This document shows positions 59,974-64,000 of a stretch of DNA of 64,000 bases, piece by piece. The position numbers and the translations under genes are program-made. Numbering within the stretch: the first letter of the stretch is position 1; the number at the start of each line of letters is the position of its first letter. The stretch covers positions 32,001-96,000 of the forward strand of contig OY761614.1 in the NCBI GenBank assembly GCA_963664825.1. The letters are read 5' to 3'. The notes beneath the pieces were generated by a model. It had not been told where the DNA came from, did not search any database, and worked only from the letters and a program-made list of their open reading frames with translations. Source of the DNA: an uncultured Holophaga sp. (lineage in GTDB: Bacteria > Acidobacteriota > Holophagae > Holophagales > Holophagaceae).

Positions 59974-60148
59974 CGCTCCGTTGGGTCAGAGCGGTCTCGG
60001 TATCGCCGCAGGCGATGCCGAGAGGAAGGAACAGCTGTAGAGCTTCGCTGGGTCGGCGCAGATAGAAAAGCGGAGTTGGGGCCCGCCCTTCGGGCAAAAT
60101 GAAGGGGACCCAGCAGGACGCCGGGTCCCCTCCTTGAAAGCCGGATGA

Positions 60149-61150
60149 ATGCTCGCACGCTTCGCCCAATGCCTCGAATCCTCCCAACGGATTCTCCTCA
60201 CCTCCCACGAAAATCCTGACGGAGATGGCACGGGCGCCATGATTGGCCTAGCCCACTACCTGCGCTTCCGGGGCAAGGAAGTGCGCATCGTAGCCAACCC
60301 TGGGCTGCCCCCCTCCCTGGGTTTCATGGATCCCGAGGGCTGGATCGAGGCCTTCGATCCGGAAGGCCGCCATCGGGATCTGGCAAGCTGGCCCCAGGCC
60401 TGGGTGCTGGTGGACGCTTCCGAGCCTCAGCGCCTGGGGGGCATGGAAGGGGCCTTCCAGGCATCCAAGGCCTTGAAGGTATGCCTGGATCATCACATGA
60501 AGGAATCTCCCAACGGTTTCGATCAGGAGTTCACCAATAGCGCCGCCAGCGCTTCCGCGGAGCTGGTCTTCGATCTGGTCGCCCAGCGGATGCCCCGCCC
60601 CCTGCCCCGCCCCATGGCCACGGCCCTCTACGCGGGCCTAGTGGATGACACGGGCAATTTCCGGTTTTCCAACGCCACCCCTAAGGCCCATCGCATGGCC
60701 GCCGAGCTCATTGAAGAGGGCGTCGAACCCGCCCGGGTCTACCAGGATCTCTACTATCAGGAGCGCCCGGAGCGCCTCAAGCTCTTCGGCCGCGCCTACG
60801 AGGGCCTGCGCCTCCTGGGGAATGGGCGCTACGCCTGCCTCAGCCTGGTCCAGGCCGATCTGGAGGCCTGCGGCGCCAGCCACGAAGACATGGGGGGTCT
60901 GGTCAACAAACCCCTGGAACTCCGCGGGGTTGAAGTCTCCTGCCTCCTCCATGAACTGGAGGATGGCCGCATCAAGGCCAGCCTCCGCTCCCGGGAGCGC
61001 GTGGACGTCAACGCCATCTGCCGGAATTTCCGGGGCGGCGGCCACCGCCTGGCTTCGGGCGCCAAACTGGACGGCCCCATGGAGAAGGCTCAGACTGTCA
61101 TGGATGCCGCGGTCCTGGCCAGGCTCGAACAGGATCTCGGAAAGGCCTGA
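60149..61150 (+). CDS. DHH/DHHA1 phosphoesterase (NrnA-like)
   Basis: HENPDGD, VDAS, LDHH, DTGNFRF, SLRS, GGGHRLASG. Confidence 0.93.
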   Translation: MLARFAQCLESSQRILLTSHENPDGDGTGAMIGLAHYLRFRGKEVRIVANPGLPPSLGFMDPEGWIEAFDPEGRHRDLASWPQAWVLVDASEPQRLGGMEGAFQASKALKVCLDHHMKESPNGFDQEFTNSAASASAELVFDLVAQRMPRPLPRPMATALYAGLVDDTGNFRFSNATPKAHRMAAELIEEGVEPARVYQDLYYQERPERLKLFGRAYEGLRLLGNGRYACLSLVQADLEACGASHEDMGGLVNKPLELRGVEVSCLLHELEDGRIKASLRSRERVDVNAICRNFRGGGHRLASGAKLDGPMEKAQTVMDAAVLARLEQDLGKA

Positions 61151-61244
61151 ACACTCGCGCTTCGCTTGCGGACACCCCCGCCCCGGACGTTTCCCGAACA
61201 CCATTCAACGCATTCATATTCATTCTTTTACACGGGATCACCCC

Positions 61245-61928
61245 ATGTGCCCTAAGGACAGTAGCAGCGCACCCCAGCTCCACCTTCCCCCGGATTCACC
61301 CCTCGAAGTGGTGACCAAGTTCGAAACCGAAGCCGTGCCCTTCGTGGCGAAGGCCAAGGTGCCCTCGATCTTCGGCAAGTTCATGGTCTACGGCTTCCTC
61401 GAGAAGCTCACCGGCAAGGAGCACATCGCCATCGTCGCCGGTGATCTGGACGCCCGGAAGCGCACGGCCGTCAGGATCCACAGCGAGTGCTGGACAGGCG
61501 ATGTCCTGGGCAGCCTCAAGTGCGACTGCCGCGCCCAGCTTGAAGAAGCCCTCCGCTACATCGGCGAGCACGGCGGCCTAGTGCTCTACATGCGCCAGGA
61601 GGGCCGGGGCATCGGCCTCCTCAATAAGCTGAAGGCCTATGCCCTCCAGGAGCAGGGGCTCGATACGGTGGAGGCCAATCACGAACTGGGCTTCGAAGAC
61701 GATCTCCGTTCCTACGAAGCCGCCATCGAGATGCTGCGCTTCTTCGGCATCAACAAGGTGAAGCTCCTCACCAACAATCCTCGCAAGATCGAGGCCCTGG
61801 AAGAGGCCGGCATCCATGTCCAGCGGGAGCCGCACCAGATCGGCTCGAACCCCTACAACCTGCGTTACCTCCACACCAAGGCCGCCAAGTCGGGGCACCT
61901 GCTGGATTTCACGAAAGAAGTGCTGTAG
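61245..61928 (+). CDS. ribA: GTP cyclohydrolase II
   Basis: VRIHSECWTGD, KCDC, RQEGRGIGL, DTVEAN, LLTNNP, YLHTK. Confidence 0.95.
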   Translation: MCPKDSSSAPQLHLPPDSPLEVVTKFETEAVPFVAKAKVPSIFGKFMVYGFLEKLTGKEHIAIVAGDLDARKRTAVRIHSECWTGDVLGSLKCDCRAQLEEALRYIGEHGGLVLYMRQEGRGIGLLNKLKAYALQEQGLDTVEANHELGFEDDLRSYEAAIEMLRFFGINKVKLLTNNPRKIEALEEAGIHVQREPHQIGSNPYNLRYLHTKAAKSGHLLDFTKEVL

Positions 61929-61930
61929 CG

Positions 61931-62500
61931 CTACTCGTCCCTCCGGGGCAGCAACAGGGCTCGCTGGACCCGCTCCAGGTTGCCCTGGAGGCGCACCAGA
62001 TTCCAGGCAATGACCATGGCGTAGCCCAGCCAGACCCACAGCAGGCGGGGATCGCAGGGCGTGCGCCTCAAAGGGTCCAGGCCGATATCCAAGCGCAATC
62101 CGTTGAGGAACCAGACCACCACGCCGAAGGCGATGAGCAGATGCCCCCACCGGATCCAGTAGGGGCGCAGCCCTTCCTTGATCTTCCAGCGGAGCAGCAA
62201 CCAGCGATCGAAGCGCTCGGATTTCGCCTCGGCGAAATGCAGGGCCAGGAGCTTGTCCACCAGGGGCGCGTAGCGATGCACCCGGAGTTCCTCGATCTCG
62301 CTCTGGCCGTTCACCTGGCGGAGCAAGGCGCTGCGGATCTTCCCCACGCACTCCTCCCAGGGGGCCTCCTCCCGCCGGATGGTCATGTGCAGATGGACCA
62401 GCCCCACCCATAGCAGGGCCTGGGCCAGCAGCACGCCCCACAGGGCCATGCCCTGCCAACCACTGTGCCGAGCCACTTCGAAAAAGCGCGTCAGATCCAT
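61931..62500 (-). CDS. Hypothetical membrane protein
   Basis: Three hydrophobic segments; start at ATG 62500 supported by an upstream -10-like hexamer. Confidence 0.72.
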   Translation of the reverse strand: MDLTRFFEVARHSGWQGMALWGVLLAQALLWVGLVHLHMTIRREEAPWEECVGKIRSALLRQVNGQSEIEELRVHRYAPLVDKLLALHFAEAKSERFDRWLLLRWKIKEGLRPYWIRWGHLLIAFGVVVWFLNGLRLDIGLDPLRRTPCDPRLLWVWLGYAMVIAWNLVRLQGNLERVQRALLLPRRDE

Positions 62501-62533
62501 CCCAAAAGGATGGCACAGAGTCCGCATCCGGAC

Positions 62534-63340
62534 CTACGGCACGTTCCTCTGCATCCGCTCCATCCATTCGAGCATCTGGACCTCGGATTGCGGCCCCAGG
62601 CGGAGGGCTTCCTGGAAGTCCCTCACCGCTTCCACGGCTTCCCCCCGCTTGATCTGCACGAAGGCCCTGTCCCGGTAGGGAAGAGGATCCTCGGGGCTGA
62701 GCAGCGCCAAGTGGGTGGAGGTCCAGAGGGCTTCGTCCCAGGCCCGGTCGCGGAAATAGCGCGCATGGAGATTTCTCACCAGCCGCGCCAGGATCGCGCG
62801 GTGGGAGAGGGGTTCCAGCATGGCGGGTTCGAAGGAGCTCCGGCCTCCCGTGGCGCGCCTCACGAGGCGAGCCGCCTCTTCTTCGCCCACGGGCAGCCCA
62901 CCCTGGAAGGGATCGAAATAGAGCGCGCCCACGTCCAGTCGCAAGCCCGTGATGAAGTGCCCGGGCAGGCCCAGCCCGAAGGCATCGAAGCCGAGGCGCC
63001 GGGCCACATCGATCCACAGGATGGAAAGGGTGATGGGCAGGCCTCGTCTCTGGGCCAGCACCTTGGGTAGGACCGCGTTATCCGGATTATCAAATGTCTT
63101 CCGATCACCCTGCAGGCCCTGTTCTTCGAAGAGGTAGTGATTCAGGGCATCGATGGCGCCGTGGATGCTCCAGGGCAGCGGCATGCGCCCCACGAGTTCC
63201 AGGGTCCAGGCCTCCAGGATCCGATGAACGGGCCCGGGGTCTGTGTTCTCCAGGAGGGGCCCCACGGCGGCCACGGCCCCGCTAGCCAGATCCCGACATT
63301 CGGGATCCACCTGGAGGAAGGCCTGGAGGGAGGATGCCAT
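62534..63340 (-). CDS. SirB1-family (transglutaminase-like + TPR) protein
   Basis: LNHYLFEEQGLQGD, VLAQRRGLPITLSIL, GLPGHF, YFDPF, ILARLVRNL, C-terminal TPR; start approximate. Confidence 0.88.
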   Translation of the reverse strand: MASSLQAFLQVDPECRDLASGAVAAVGPLLENTDPGPVHRILEAWTLELVGRMPLPWSIHGAIDALNHYLFEEQGLQGDRKTFDNPDNAVLPKVLAQRRGLPITLSILWIDVARRLGFDAFGLGLPGHFITGLRLDVGALYFDPFQGGLPVGEEEAARLVRRATGGRSSFEPAMLEPLSHRAILARLVRNLHARYFRDRAWDEALWTSTHLALLSPEDPLPYRDRAFVQIKRGEAVEAVRDFQEALRLGPQSEVQMLEWMERMQRNVP

Positions 63341-63345
63341 GGGCT

Positions 63346-63879
63346 CTAGCCCCGGCGACGCAGCCAGCTCCGCAGCACGAGCGCCAGGAGCCCCATCCCG
63401 AGACCGATCCAGATCCATTTCTGCCATGCGTTCTGGGCCTTTTCCAGCTTGGCCTTCTCCTCGGCCTTGCGGATGTTCTCGGTGATGGAGAGCTTCTGCT
63501 GGACCTCCCGGGCATCCTTCACGGCCTGCTGGGCGGATTGTTTGGAAGCTTCCAGGTCCTTTTTAGCGGCCTGCTCGGCGGGATCGGAGGGTTCCTCCTG
63601 GGAGATGTAAGCTACGCGCTCCAGCCGGTGGGCGCGGCGGCCCATGCGCCTCCCCCGAGCCGGAGAGAGGCTGCCTTCCTCTTCGGCGCCCCCGGAGGTG
63701 CCCTGGTCCAGGCTATCGGTGAGGCCCTGGATATCCTCCCTCAGCCCCAGGATGTCCTGGTGCTGACGATGGAGCAGACGGCCCTGAACCCAGGCCAGGC
63801 CCAGCTGGGCGACCAGCAGGCCCACCACCACAGGACCAAACCAGGCATGGGGCCTCGATGACTGAAGATTTCCGTTCAT
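63346..63879 (-). CDS. Hypothetical membrane-anchored coiled-coil protein
   Basis: N- and C-terminal TM segments flank a Lys/Glu/Gln-rich coil; ATGA overlap with the upstream gene. Confidence 0.75.
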   Translation of the reverse strand: MNGNLQSSRPHAWFGPVVVGLLVAQLGLAWVQGRLLHRQHQDILGLREDIQGLTDSLDQGTSGGAEEEGSLSPARGRRMGRRAHRLERVAYISQEEPSDPAEQAAKKDLEASKQSAQQAVKDAREVQQKLSITENIRKAEEKAKLEKAQNAWQKWIWIGLGMGLLALVLRSWLRRRG

Positions 63880-64000
63880 AGCCCGTCCCGTCCAAGGATG
63901 AAGAGCGTGCGATCGTCCCGGTTCTGCCGTTCGAAGGCGGCCACGTCCTGGTACACGGCCTCGCAGGCCGCCCGGGCCGAACCCGTGGCCCGCATCCGGA
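63876..64000 (-). CDS. Partial CDS, C-terminus resembling a PP2C/SpoIIE phosphatase
   Basis: ...SARAACEAVYQDVAAFERQNRDDRTLFILGRDGL*; DDxT motif. Confidence 0.6.
   Translation of the reverse strand, partial: RMRATGSARAACEAVYQDVAAFERQNRDDRTLFILGRDGL

Overview
GC-rich bacterial chromosome segment with about 58 genes. Gene content and style suggest Holophagae (Geothrix/Holophaga-like Acidobacteriota); this is an inference. Housekeeping genes include purF, pgk-tpiA, rbfA/truB, map-ispE, dnaX, aroC, fur, add, a DHH phosphoesterase, ribA and a glycogen cluster. Accessory content includes a Pls/PosA-type poly(amino acid) synthetase with its PPTase, a BsuBI/PstI-type restriction-modification pair wedged between rbfA and truB, and an intact ISL3 element with an 8-bp target duplication. 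Most interesting signals: (1) a SAM-I-riboswitch-led aspartate-to-homocysteine operon (metY-metX-ask-SDR-asd) with no hom gene but an SDR oxidoreductase matching the missing step; (2) a dockerin-bearing secreted subtilase directly followed by a cohesin-like lipoprotein; (3) a repeated multi-stem intergenic element with compensatory base changes after tpiA and fur; (4) two families of 8-9-nt-periodic inverted-repeat elements; (5) many genes whose upstream layout suggests leaderless mRNAs. All calls come from reading the sequence and motifs by eye; no searches were run.
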